A stretch of 64,000 nucleotides of DNA, from NCBI GenBank assembly GCA_010093605.1, contig MU004181.1, forward strand, positions 3,100,001 through 3,164,000, in the 5' to 3' direction. Below the pieces are notes generated by a model that made no database searches, was not told the DNA's origin, and saw only the letters and a list, made by a program, of their open reading frames with translations. Origin of the DNA: Lophium mytilinum (lineage: Eukaryota). The position numbers and the translations under genes were made by a program. This document shows, piece by piece, positions 48,542-61,500 of this stretch (positions are counted from its first letter, which is position 1; the number at the start of each line of letters is the position of its first letter).

Positions 48542-50341
48542 TCAAAACGCAACACCAACCGGACTAACCGGGCTGACAAAGCCCACCTCATCCCCCTCAA
48601 TCCCAACCATCTTCAAATCCACAACTACTCCCATCTCCTTCCCCAACGCTCCCCGCATCTCTCCTCCCGGCGTCTCCGGACTCCCCGGTCCAAACCTAAA
48701 CCGCCCGCTCTCCGCCTCGTCCTCGAACGATGGGCTCGCCGTGCGCGAGCTCAGCGCCGGCGTCGACGGGCACGACAGCAGCGTGACAGTCCCCGTCTCG
48801 GCGCTCGCCTGGCGCGTGTGCGGGCGCGAGAGGAGCGACTGGGTGCCGCTCTCGCTGCCGCTGTGGTGGTGGCTCTGCTGCTGGGTCGGCTGCGGCGTGC
48901 ACTGGTAGAACGGAGTCGGGGTGGAGTGCTGCTGCGGGATCGGGTTCGAGATCTTGTATGCAGCGGCAGACGTGGGTGTGGTGGGGGTTGACGGGATGGA
49001 GCGTTTGAGCCACGCGCCCAGGCGGCCGAGGGGTGTGGTCGGCGTGGGGACGGTGGGCGTGGGCGGGGTGATGGGGTTGGAGTTTAGAGGTCCCTGGCGG
49101 GGTGGGGGAGGGAGGGGAGGGGGGATGAGTTTGAGTTTCTTGGTGCGGGTGGCGAAGAGGGAGGGGGTTGGGGAGGAAGATTGGGAGCGCGAGCGCGCGT
49201 TGGGGAGAGGGGAGCTGGGGAGGGGTTTGGAGACAAAGGGGACGGAGAAGGCGGATCCGATGTCCGAGAGCGTTTCTGAGCGGACGTGCATGCGGAGGGA
49301 GGGTGCGATTGCTGGGACGTGGTGGGAGGGGGATGGCGGAGGGATGTTGGGGAAGGTTGCGGATGGGCCGAGACGGGCATCTGCACGGCGATCCTCTACG
49401 ATGGTGTTGAGCTCGCGGATCTCTCGCTCGACGTCGGTTTTGGCGCGACGGAGACTACCGCGTTTCGTGAGGGAGTGGGGAGCGTCGGTGTATGACCGAG
49501 CACGGGATGGAGATGGGAGGCGTGAGAGAGGGGTGCGGGGAGAGGCGAGGCTGCTCATTGTTCCCGAGCGTTGGAATGTGCTGGGAGACTGGCAGAAGGA
49601 TTCGTTTTGGAGAAGGTGAGTGGAGGTCGGCCTGCTAATGGTACTGCTAATGCTAGACCTGATTGAGCCAACAGGCTTGCGTTGGATGTTGTATGATGTA
49701 TTAGACGATATCGAATCGGTTTTTGATGATGACCTGACGCGTGCCTGCGCGGGGAATTCCAGCCCAGCTGGCAGACTGCTCCATTCGGCCTCGGCGAAGT
49801 CGGGGAGCGGCGAGAGGCGGCCGTTGTCGACGTAGATGGACAGCTCCAATGGCCTGAAGCTTCGTCGTCGACGTACTGGCATTGCCTCTTCTTGGAACGT
49901 GTCGAGTCCTTCAACCCGACGGAAGTCTGTCGGGCCGCTGATGCTCGGACGGCCCTTGGAGTGAGCTACCCACGGCCGTTTGACAGTGGAGGAGTTCGTC
50001 CGTATGGAGGCCCTGGACATGGTGTCGCGGCCGCTCATGACCCATTGAGAGACGTGACGGGACATGGAGTGGCTGGTGACGGGACGGGGGTGCTCCGGCT
50101 CAGCTCGAGGCAGCTCTACTGCTCGCGGTTGGTCGTAGCATATCTGCATCTCGACGGGGCCTGAGAAGGTCGTCAGTCGAGGTCTAGTGTAGTAGTGTCG
50201 ACACCGATTCCACCACTGCGCCATACGCGACTCTCGCACGCATATGACCCTCCAGTTCGTCATGACTCCTCGAGCATTCAATGGTGGTCTACCAGAGCTC
50301 ATGAGACATGGAGATATCGGCCGCGGCGGTTGACCCCGCAT
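48542..50341 (-). CDS. Conserved fungal Ser/Pro-rich hypothetical protein
   Basis: About 600-codon ORF with blocks ISGPTDFRR, RSFRPLELSIY...RLSPLPDF and HVPAIAPSLRMHVRSETLSDIGSAFS. Start uncertain (50341 or 50224). Confidence 0.8.
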   Translation of the reverse strand: MRGQPPRPISPCLMSSGRPPLNARGVMTNWRVICVRESRMAQWWNRCRHYYTRPRLTTFSGPVEMQICYDQPRAVELPRAEPEHPRPVTSHSMSRHVSQWVMSGRDTMSRASIRTNSSTVKRPWVAHSKGRPSISGPTDFRRVEGLDTFQEEAMPVRRRRSFRPLELSIYVDNGRLSPLPDFAEAEWSSLPAGLEFPAQARVRSSSKTDSISSNTSYNIQRKPVGSIRSSISSTISRPTSTHLLQNESFCQSPSTFQRSGTMSSLASPRTPLSRLPSPSRARSYTDAPHSLTKRGSLRRAKTDVEREIRELNTIVEDRRADARLGPSATFPNIPPPSPSHHVPAIAPSLRMHVRSETLSDIGSAFSVPFVSKPLPSSPLPNARSRSQSSSPTPSLFATRTKKLKLIPPPLPPPPRQGPLNSNPITPPTPTVPTPTTPLGRLGAWLKRSIPSTPTTPTSAAAYKISNPIPQQHSTPTPFYQCTPQPTQQQSHHHSGSESGTQSLLSRPHTRQASAETGTVTLLSCPSTPALSSRTASPSFEDEAESGRFRFGPGSPETPGGEMRGALGKEMGVVVDLKMVGIEGDEVGFVSPVSPVGVAF

Positions 50342-51288
50342 AGCATCCACATATCCAAGCTCTTTCGCCGAGAAACAAGAGAAGTGCTACTTACTATTCG
50401 CCCTCAGGGCAGCCTCCTTCTCGTCACGCAGCTCAGCGGATGCACAGCACCCAGCAAAAGATATGGCCAGCCATGGGGATTGCGGTGGTCTAACAGCCAT
50501 AGCGAATGTCCTAAACGAGCCAACGTCTAGATACGCATGTCTCTCTTCTTCTCAATCAGGACCCACACGCGGCGTTAGCGAACAAGAAGACACAAAAGCA
50601 ACAGAGAACGAAAGAACAAGAAAGCACCAAAGGAGAGAGGGGGAAAGAGAGGCAAGCGGCAAGCTCGAAGGGACTCGAGGGAGAAAGAGAGGTCGGGCAG
50701 GCGGGTGGAGGACAGGGAAGCGCCGCTCTTTCAACGCCCATGGAGAGTGCGAATTATGCAGCATATTGCAGCAGGGCCGTTCCAGGACGAATCACGACGC
50801 CATGTCCGCTCTCCACTACCGAACCGGGCTCGAGCGCGCTCTCGTGGCGGGGCTGATTGGGACGCGGGCGCAATGTGGGAGCGTTCCTGGCGAGCTATTG
50901 GGCGCCTCGAGAGCAGCCCTAGAGCAGGCCCCAGTTGGCCGGCGCCTAATGCAATTCTCAACGGTGCCTGACAACCACACGTCGCCGTGCAGCCGCTGGA
51001 GGCTGATGCACGGGGACTGAATCAGCAGCGGCCTTTATTGAAGGGTCACGCCGGATCGTTCGCCAGCTGTTCGAGGCGGGGCGGCGCGCGTTGCAGAGAG
51101 AGAGAAAAAAAGAGCACATGCGACGGGCACGACGGAATCTGAGGGCCGGCACGGCTGCGACAGGGTATACTGCTGTTTCGAAAGTTTCAAACGCCTACTC
51201 CGACCACCATGACCCACCCAGTCCCGAGTATCGCGATACATTTATAAATCTCCGACGCTCCCGTCCCTCTTCGCACAGGCCTAGCGCA

Positions 51289-53636
51289 TCACCGGTCAGA
51301 CCCCCATGCGCTGCGCTCCTCGTGGAAGCTGCCGTACTGCGGACTGCGATCCTTATTGCTGCCCTCGCCATCCTCGCCATCATCGCCGTCCACGGCGTCT
51401 TCGCCATCCGCGCCGTAGTCCCGATGCTCCCACTGCGTAGCTTCGCCTGACTTCAGCGGCGCCTTGTCCTTGCCGCTGTCCTCGTCCTCGTCGCCGTCAC
51501 CCACGGCGAAGGCAGAGTCCAGGTTGTGCGCCTGCTCCGGGTTATGGGGCTCAGGGTTGTCGGGGTCGAACCCTTCCCGCACCTCCTCTGCCTGTCCCTC
51601 TTCAGGGTACGCATGCCTATTTCATAGAGCGTCAGAAACATCCCTTTCTGTCCGTCTGGGGCGGTGACTTACACAAAATGCTTTGGGGCGACCTCGTTCC
51701 ACCCTGAGCCTCCTTCCTTGCGAGCTCGGACACGCTCCACTTCCTCTGCATCGTGATCCTCAACCACCAAGTCCACAAGCTGGCTTTTGTCCGACTTCGC
51801 TGAGCTCGACGACGATGATTCGTGCCGGCCTAAGAGAGGCTTTCGCGACTTCGAGCTCGATGGCTCCTCACTAGCTGTGCTGCTCCGGTGTTTGCCCTTG
51901 CCTATAGAGTGTTGGATCTGCTGAACCTTGCTCTTCCTGCGCCTCCGGTTCTCGCGCGTTGGCTGTAGCAGATTTCGATTTGTTGACGCAGTGATGATAT
52001 TAGGTGTTCCATAGAGTCTATTCTCGCGCGAGGCAGTGTGTGCAGTGATGACAGGGTACTGGCACTGTCAGATGGATGAAACGAAACGCCAGGGACACGT
52101 GGGTGACTTACGTTCCAATCGCCAAACTCCAACGCCCGCGCATTGTCAAATAATCGCTCGTCTTCAGGGTTCAGTGCAGGCTCATCATCGTCACTTGATG
52201 TTGTGCCATATTTGGCCCCATCGAGAGCCCTGCTGGCTCCCGGACTCATGGTACGAGCCCGACTCGATGTCACTTTGGATAGCAAAGGCGAGTGTTCATG
52301 GCTAGGCTTCGGTATCCAGTACTTCCCCTTCCCGCCTCTTTCATATCTCATCCCTTCTTGCATTCGGGCAGCTCGAGAAGCCGACTCTTCGTGGCCCAGG
52401 ACATTATCATTGGCATCGAAATCTCGGTACTCGTAACGTCCTCCGCCGAACGTCTCTTTCGTGTCCTCGATAAGATCTCTGGGCCCGAAAGCGTCTCGCA
52501 GTGCAAACTTCACCGGCATTCGAGCCGCCGAAATCGTGTCGTCTGCGTAGTCGTGCCAGGAGAACGCATACCAATGCGCCGCCGCAAATACCGGCATCTC
52601 GAAACAGATCAATGCGTCTTGAATGGCAGCCGCCAAATTGTCAGGCGTGTATCCGGGAACATCGCTCGGAATTGCGCGCAGCCAGACGAGGATAGATAAG
52701 AAGAACCCTTGCCAATACGACGCGAAGATGATGCCCTTGATGCAGAGAAATTTCGGCATCGGCCTGAATGGTTTCAGGTCTTGCGCCATGCAAACCCAAA
52801 ACATTGCAAGCGCGTACAAACTGACTGTAATACTCAGGTTGTATATGAGACCGCTCCAGAAGTACCCCGAGGTTACTCCGATGTATCCCTCTTTGTAAAC
52901 GCCGGTAGCTTTCATGATGATAGCAGCAATGGCTAGAACTGGTTTCATCCATGTGTATTGCAAGATCCCCCTCTTGACAGCCAAAAACGTATGCGGATCC
53001 GATATGTCGACCTTTGGGAGGACGTGGTTCAGTGGCCAGAGGTGGGGAACAGGCGGCCGACCGTGCATCAAAATGATTAGGGAGCGCTCTCCGCCGATGA
53101 AGTTGATCAGGAGTTGGAAGAAGGTGTAGATAGTGAATGCCTGCGCGTTGTTAGTCGAATACCTGAGAAACTCGCGACGATGACTTACCTCGTATACGTC
53201 ACGAAATGGGGAAATCCAAAACGCAGCTTTCAACGAAATAAGGCTTGCCCAAGAAGACGCCGAGTAGATTGGAACCCTGGATTTACATAAGTTCAATGTC
53301 CAAATACATCCCGTGCTTCACTCACATCAACAATATCCGCACCACATATCTTTGCAGCAGAGGCTTTCGATAGTTCTTGCTATAGAAGACGATTAGAGTT
53401 TGCTGCAGAACTTGTATATGCGGCCTTACGTTTGGAGCCAAATCGACCTATCTGTAGTGTTAGCAGTGGTACAGTAGAAGAGGGGTGGCGAGGGAGAAGA
53501 TCATGGCAACGCACAAGACAGTGACAAGAGTGGCAGCCAAAGCTGCAACACCAGCGCAGATAATAACAGCATGACCAAAGCGGGCTCCACTACCCCTGGG
53601 GATGGTGGGCTCTGTAGGTTCCCTGGGCGCGCCCAT
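51289..53636 (-). CDS. TMEM184/Hfl1 family (OSTalpha-like, DUF300) membrane protein
   Basis: KNYRKPLLQRYVVRILLMVPIY, RDVYEAFTIYTFF, KRGILQY, PKFLCIKGIIFASYWQG; multi-exon; acidic C-terminal tail ending WGSDR*. Confidence 0.92.
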
Positions 53637-54242
53637 GTTTCTCGTGGAAAGTTGGTTGCGCGGCTGCTACCTACAAACGCGCTGGGACTCTGGTCGACGG
53701 GGTGGGCAGAAGCGAAGGAGAATAGGTAGAAGACTGAGAAAGCCCCGCTCTTTGAATACTATCACCACGCGGACATCTTGTCCCGCCGCAGCTTCGAGTG
53801 CTGAGTGTTGGGGTGTGTAGGCGGCAGAAGGCGAACTGCAGCAACCATAGAGCTCGGACTCTGTACGAAGTAAACCGACCACTTGGCATTAGCGCTGGCA
53901 GTGTACCTAGGCCCATGCAGGCAGGCATAAAAAAACTTAGTTGTGCGTGTCTATGTCACTGCTTGGAGTTCTTCAATGCATTTTCGGATATTCAAATGGA
54001 GTCCAAGTTCTTCCTTCTGGGTTCCGAAGAAACTGGTTGAGACACTTCAAACAGTGGTAAACAGGTGCACCTAAAATGTGGTAATGAAGTATTAATATCG
54101 AGTGGCAGTCTATAGTACAGATCCGTGACGTATGTACGCTCGTAAACGCCGGTATACCTGTGGCAAAAGCCCCTAATTCCAACCCTCTGCTATAGTGTCC
54201 AAGGGATTTGACATCACATGCAGCATATTTTGATCGCGACAG

Positions 54243-54740
54243 GCCACCTCAAATGCCACCATTCAGCTGTGAAAACCTCTAAATCGGCCCTCTTCTAATA
54301 CGGAGCCTTGAAACTTTGACATTGTAGGCACGATAAATGTACCTCGATGAGCCACCTCGAATTTTACCGAACAGCTGTTTGAAGACCCTAAACCCACCGG
54401 GTAATATGAAGCCTTGAAACTTATTACATGTCCAAATTTCACACCCCGATAAGCCACCTCAAACACCTCTGAAAACCCTTAAACCCTGCCCCTTCTAATA
54501 CAAAGCTCTTGAAATTTAACATGGTGCCCTCTATATTTACACCCCTACAAGCTACCTCGAACGGTGCTATTGAGCGCGCAAGAGCAAAGCCACGGCACTG
54601 CAATATTAACTTCATAGACCCTTTTGCCCAGAAATGCGATGTCAAAGTAAACACTATAGATATTAAGCTACCTTTTGCCCAATACGCTATATGCTAGTTA
54701 GGCAACCCCTAACGGTGCTATTGAGCGCGCAAGAACAACG
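54243..54740. repeat. Decayed ~105-bp tandem repeat array
   Basis: GCCACCTC-like anchors at 54243, 54351, 54453, 54551; CTTGAAA(C/T)TT near 54307, 54413, 54508; AACGGTGCTATTGAGCGCGCAAGA at 54560 and 54711. Confidence 0.7.
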
Positions 54741-54892
54741 ACCGAGCAGTAGCATATTCATGCTGTTTACAATTACTAGGTGATGTATACTGTGTCAGAA
54801 TTTATTTTCTGTATACGCTTGTCTAGCACAGCTTGAGGTCCTTCAGTATGCTATCGCAATTCACAAATGCCAGCTCTGGCAAGCCCTGATAG

Positions 54893-55393
54893 CTCTTTGG
54901 GCCACCTCAGACAGTGCTGAACTGCTCGAGCGTGCCACTTATTTCCTGCCTAGCGTACTAGGTGGCGTCGTGACGCGCCTTGCCGATCATGGGGGGCATG
55001 AAAAAGGTGGCACACTATTCTGCCTTTCATACATCGGTCTACCGCTGTTTGTGGTGCTTCAATGTAATTTTGGAAATATAAATGAGATAGAAACTCTTAG
55101 CTTTAGACTATTCGGAAACTTGTTGAAGCACTCCAAGCAGCGGCAGACAGCTGCACCTATCTCCTAGGATAGTATAAGACAGCGTTATAGTTCAGTGGCA
55201 GTAAAATGAGCTGTCCATGAATGCGTAGGATATATGCATTATTCCTGTGTACCCCATTTTACCGCCGCCTGGTGTCCTCCAACAGACTATTGCTGTCCAG
55301 GAAATACCAGCTTTCCCAAGCCTAATAACTCTCTGGGCCACCTCAACGGTGTTGAACTGCTGCAGGGGTGCCGCCTTATTCCGGTCTAGCGTG
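54893..55393. repeat. Pair of ~60-bp dispersed direct repeats related to the upstream array
   Basis: TGGGCCACCTCA...GTG.TGAACTGCT...GTGCC..CTTATT.C...CTAGCGT at about 54898-54957 and 55334-55392. Confidence 0.6.
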
Positions 55394-55506
55394 CCGATCA
55401 GTCACTGCGCGTAGTGGACAACACCGCCATACAGCCTCCACCATACACCCCCCCTCCCATCCCAACCCCTCCCCCGCATGACCGCTATTGACGAGCTGTA
55501 GCCCAA

Positions 55507-58500
55507 ATGGCGGCAGAAGGGCTAAGCGCCCAGCCGCTGAACCCGCAGGACGGCTTCAATTGGGTCTTCCTGGTGGAGTTGCTGGTCTGTGGCATTCTGT
55601 ATGTGTTCATTCCCCCAAAGATGCCCTTATTCTAACCCGCATAGGTCCATCTTCTTCCTCTTCTACTTCAATCGAGTGTTCGGAACCCTCGTGTCATACG
55701 CAATTCGAGCCTACACCTGGCACACGTACCAAGCCTATATCGACATTCAAGCGCTGCAGATATCACTGCTCGGAGGCCGCATCTTCTTCAAGGACATCCG
55801 ATATCATGCCCAGAATGAGACTATCCTTGTCCATGGGGGCTATATCACATGGCAATACTGGCTCCGTAAAGTCAAAGATGCGGAAATATTTGCTCAAGAG
55901 GAGGTAGATTCACACCCAGAAGGGGGTTCAGATACGTCAAGCAGTGATGGAGGCCGCCGACGCAATAGACATACAAACTTTGATGAGGAAGCAAAAGGAG
56001 CGCCTCAGAAGAAGAAGTCGCTTCCGTGTCGGATCACTATCAAGGTTTCCGGAGTGGAAGCCTTCATGTATAATCGAAGCGCTGGTTACGATGGAATTGT
56101 CGAAGCTATGCTCGGGAAGCACGACGACGGGCCCGATGGAAAAACGGCTCCCAACCTCGAAAGATCCAGGTCTGGCGCTTCCGCGAAACAGAAAGAAAAT
56201 CACGGAATCAACCTTGTTCATCGGTTCAAGAAAGCTCATACCAATAAAAGTACGGAGCCAGACACCCCTGGAAATTCCGATGGAGCACAAAGCAATACAA
56301 TGCAGAGCAAGAAACCGGAGCTGCCTGCCTTTCTGCGACTACTCCCCGTCCATATTGATTGCAACAAGGGCGCTATCGTGATTGGTAATGAGTTCACTCC
56401 AGCAGTAATCACAGCGCAGTTTGAGAAGGCATCCGGAGACTTCGATGCGGCCGCATCTGGCCCGCTGGATCTGTACCAGCAACTGTTCAAAATCCAGTTC
56501 ACGCATCCTGTTGTTCACATGCGGCCTAATCCAGATTTCAAACGTTCGCAACTGGACAGTGCAGTCCAAATGAAGAAGGATGCTGCAGGGGAAGAGCCCA
56601 CGTTGGAAGAGACGCAAAAAAGCAATCTCTTTTGGAGCAGACTAAGGCCATGGCATGCCTCGTGGAATGTTCCCAGCCTATTCTCTAAATCTTCCGACTC
56701 CATCGAGCGCCCTTCGACACGTCACCCGAAGAAGAAGGTGCAGCCCTCGATGCCATCTGATAACAAGCCGTGGAAAGGCTTAGCGAGATATTTCGACGCC
56801 AGTCAGCTCGATGAGCACGACGAATGGGAAACCATAGAATATGCTAAGACGTCTTTGGTCCTCGATTGTCCTTGCATCAATGTAAGCTTCTACTGGGATG
56901 TACCATGGCGCGTGTGTTCAGGCCTAAGCGATGGATCCTCAACCTTGCCCTTCCGAAAAGGGGATATCAATGGTACGATACCACCCGAATACGGACTAGA
57001 TATAGAGATCTTTGGCGGCACGATCAATTACGGCCCATGGACGGACAGGCACAGAGCCATATTTCAGTCCGTCTTCTTCCCCGCCTCGTATTTTGATGCT
57101 ATTCCGAGCTCTCTACTTAAACCTGGGGAGCTTCGAGTGTTTACGGTTTTCAAAGTCTACCTAAGCATTGAGAAGGACACTTTACTACGGATTCCTTTGC
57201 GAGAGCCATCCAAAGACTGGAAGTGGAAGGGTACTGCAACGAATGTGGCAGGAAACTCGAAAAGTGCAGCAGAGAAGGGGAAGTCGCGCGGGAAAGGAAG
57301 ACGAAAGCCCGCCAGCGGAACCAAGCGTGAGCCTGGAGTGCCAGCCCCCAGTCATCGGCCTTTTGCGTGGCTCGAAATCAAAATTGCCGCCAACTCGACC
57401 GTTAACTACTCGATGGATTTTGTCGCCTCTGAAACGGGATATCAGAACAGCGTGTCCGTGGAATTACGAGGAACGGAAGTGTCTTCAAGCGTCAATCATG
57501 CTTTGCTGTGTAGATCCAGTACGCTATCACTAGAGTGCGACCTGTCTGCCCCGCTTCGGTGGAACGAATTACGAAAATGGTTCTTCAACGTATCGTGTCA
57601 TGATTTGGAACTATTTCTCTTGAGAGACCATCTCTTCTTGATCACAGATCTTGTCAGTGACTGGGGCTCCGGGCCACCATCGGATTACTACACCTTCACG
57701 CCGTTTCAGTACTTCCTAAAGGTTGACTTACAGAACTTCAAGCTATATTTAAACACGAACGATTCTAATATCGTGAACAATCCATCCGATCTCGATGACA
57801 ACAACTTCCTCGTTGTCTTTGGTCAGCACTTACGGGCCAAACTTACCATACCTCTGGATCGGTACCGACCAGACCAAACCGAGATACCTTTTGATGTCAC
57901 CGCCGAGGATGGAGGTCTAGACTTATGCATGCCATCAAAAAGCACGCTCCAGACATTCATACACTCGAACAGAGTTGCCAAACTGGGTGCCCTCACGATA
58001 GCCGGAAGCCACAACTATTTCACTGAAACGTCAACTACCAAGACCGATCGCCTGCATCTCGACATCCACGGCACAAAACTTGCATTGGACCTGTATGGAT
58101 TCTTGATCCGCCACTTCATGAAGATCAAAGACAACTACTTTGGCGAAGACATGCACTTCAAGACGCTGGAAGAGTATCAAGGCCTGCCAACACAGACTCC
58201 TGCCGCAGATGGAGAGGGAAGTGGGCAACATTTCGCAAAGTCAAACGATCTCGATGTCATACTTTGTGTGTCTGTAGACCAAGCGAGCGCCTTCGTTCCA
58301 GCAAATTTATATTCGGCCGAGAGCAGCATCAGGATTGATCTGCCATTCGTTACCGCAGATCTCAGGTTCACAAATTACTACATGGACCTCATGGTAAACT
58401 TCAGCCCCCTGAGCGTGTCTTTGGGTCTTTTAAATGCCAGTCCGGGGGCACGAGGGGAATCCGCTGGCCGAACAGAGATTTTCATCCAATCGGTTGAGAT

Positions 58501-61500
58501 ATATGGACATCGTCTTTTCGGGCTTCCTCCAACGGAACCAACCTACGTCTGCAATTGGGACTTCAACGTGGGAAAGATATCCGGAGAGTGTACAGAAGTT
58601 TTCCTTGAAAAGGCAGTGGGGACTGCGCGGTCCTTCGGTTTCTCGTTCGACGACGATGAAAATGCGCTACCTCTATCTCAGCCTCTGATCATCCACGACG
58701 CCACCTTTCTGCGCTTACGAACGAGCGACATCCATGTATGGCTTCATGTCGCTAAAGAGGTCTTGCTTCTCAGTACTGGTCCAATTACTGTTGAATTTAA
58801 CGATCTTGCCGGTCAAACCTTTTCGCAGCGCTTGAAGGTCCTTGTACCTGACCTAACCATTGCTTGCGTAGATGCAAGGTCCGCGTCTAGGCACCGGACT
58901 AGGGCTGGAGAAAGGGACACCATTAAGACTCATGCCTATATTCAAACGACATTGTCTTTACAGATGCTACAACGAAAACTAGACTTCACAGGTGATAGAG
59001 AGAAACAACAGTCTCATATGCGGGAGCATGACCGGAGGACTAACCGAACACCATTTTTCCTGATAGACGAGATAAGGCTTACACCCGTGGCCCAGCCACC
59101 GGTTATGCCAATTCCTTACCTACCTCATCCGATCTCGGCGCGGACTTCTTCAGAGCTCTCTAACAGATCCACACCAACCCCTAGTATAGCACAGTCGAGC
59201 ACTAGATTTTCATCGCTTCGACGGCAAGATTCGAGGGGGAGACAGCTTCGACCAACCCCACTACGCTCATCTTCGAATGCCTCTATAGCACAGAGCATAC
59301 GAAATGTACATCGCAGCAAAGATCCTCCGCAGCGAGAAAGCTTCAGCCGAAGCCGAACGCTGGTCTCTCGGTCGGTCTCACGACATAATACCAGGGAGTT
59401 AACCCACATTCAGCCAACCGAGGAAGAGAGGGGAAGACGAGGACTGCCTCCATCGTCGGTAGCACTTTCGAGCTCTCTAGCTACTCCATACTTCCCACTC
59501 GATCTCGTAGAGCCAGATCTCTCTGATGTTCCTGTACTCCCTATGGTCTCTACTTACGTCTACGAAACCGAAGACGACATGCTCCTTTTCAAGGATGCCT
59601 CTGCTAAGGAATTCGATGAGAGTTTTGTCCACACCAGTTTCATCGTAAGCGCTGATCCCGGCGTACGAATATATTGTACCCCACAGGCTATCCGGTGCGC
59701 AGCGAACTTAGTCGATATCATCAGCCCACAACAACCAGAGGATATACTCGATGCTTTTCAAGTAGATGTGGTCACATCCATATTGGACATGCAGAAACGC
59801 CGACAAGGAAAGGGCAAGTCGACCGAGATGAGCCTCCGGGTCCCTTTCACACACATAAGGTTTGTTAACGAATTTTCCAAACAATCGGGAGACGAACTTG
59901 AGCTCGAAAAAGACCAATATGATCTGACACTGGACAAATTGAAAGTCGCCGTAAGGACGAAAGAGTTTCCTGGTGATCGAGCGGGTGAGAACTCTCTGTC
60001 CTTGCATACAACTCTTGGCTCCGTCGCCATTGCTATCAAAGAACGAGCCATGGACCTTCCCGGCGACGATGTGGCTATACAAGCACGAGTGGACGATTTG
60101 CTCTTATGGGTTTTAAAAGCTACATCCAGCTCTATAAACGTGTCATTCAGGAACTTTGAGACAGGTGCTGCGAGCAAAAAGGTCGAATACCTCGCATCCC
60201 TTATTCACCGTACCACGTTACTCGGCACAGAATTGGTGGAGCGATTTCAGACTATGAGCGTGGAACAACTACTGCGCCTTCGATTTCTTGCCTGGAAATT
60301 GACTACGTCCCATAATCAAACTCCAGACCCCGCATTTTTGACGAGACCGTCTTACGCTTTGCGTGTGGCGCGCGGCCATATCCGAAACCACGATTCCTGG
60401 AAAATCATATCACGGTTTCGGTTCATTTGGGCAAGCTTACCAGAGCCTGAGAAACAAAAGCTCAAAAACTCCTGCCTAGCGAAGATCACCACCTGCCCGA
60501 TCGATGCAGAAGCCAAGGTCATAGAAATGTGGGATCAATGGCGTACCTGGGATCTGAGCCATGTCAAGAAGAGCCTTGCAATGCGGAGAATCTATGGGTC
60601 GTTGGCGGACATTGAGAAGATTTCCAGCAAGCCAGTTCCAATTTCCCTAAATATCAGATCCATTGGCATCAAGCTGGTGGTCGACCCAGGACCCAAGCAG
60701 AGTGAGGCGTCTATGCATCATGTTGCTCTTGCATTGGCTATGAAACCTCCTCCGGAGCCCACCGGCTTGATGCTCGTAGAGTCCGAAACAGCCATCCAAT
60801 CGACTGTCCTTCAAATCAACTCTAGGGATACAGTGGTACAAATCAGATGGGAAATATGCGACCTTGTTGACAGCCTGCTTAAGCTTTTCATGGAGACCTC
60901 GTCAGCCGAACAGCCACCAGACTCAGCAGGATCCGGACAGAGCATACGGGTCTCACAAAATCCTAGCAACAAGCCAAACATACATGACCTCCACATCGTG
61001 TATGCAACGGATCATGCAAAAATCAGCCTCGATGGCCTCAATCTAAGGAGCGTTTCAATGGGTCAAGGACTGAAGCTGTCTGTCGCTACATCTGAGAAAG
61101 AGCACGAAAACACTATGAGCGTCTTGGTTCACGCTCAGCTTGCGGCGACGGAGGTTCATTCCCGACACCGCTTGCTCTTAATCTCAAGATTAGATCAGCC
61201 GAGTCTGTACCTCTCACGCCGTAAAACTGAGAGGGAGAAACAAGCCGAGGTTATTAAGGTTGTAGGAACGAGCCGGATGAACACCATTGAAGTCAGGGAA
61301 GATGCTCTTGGCTTCATCGAGATCTTTGATTTGGTACTTCGCGATGAGATTGCGTACCTTCATCGCCAAACCGCAGCTTTCAAGAAACCCGAAGAGTCGA
61401 ACTCTTTAGCAGTCGAGAAATCCAATGCTGATCTACCCAACATTACTTTGGCCCTAATAATGGACTCTTACCTGATTCAGGTTGCCCTTCTCCAAAATCT

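Noticed and set aside
54243..54740. Spaced repeats superficially like a CRISPR array
   Set aside because: Eukaryotic context, whole units are homologous rather than unique spacers, and no cas genes.
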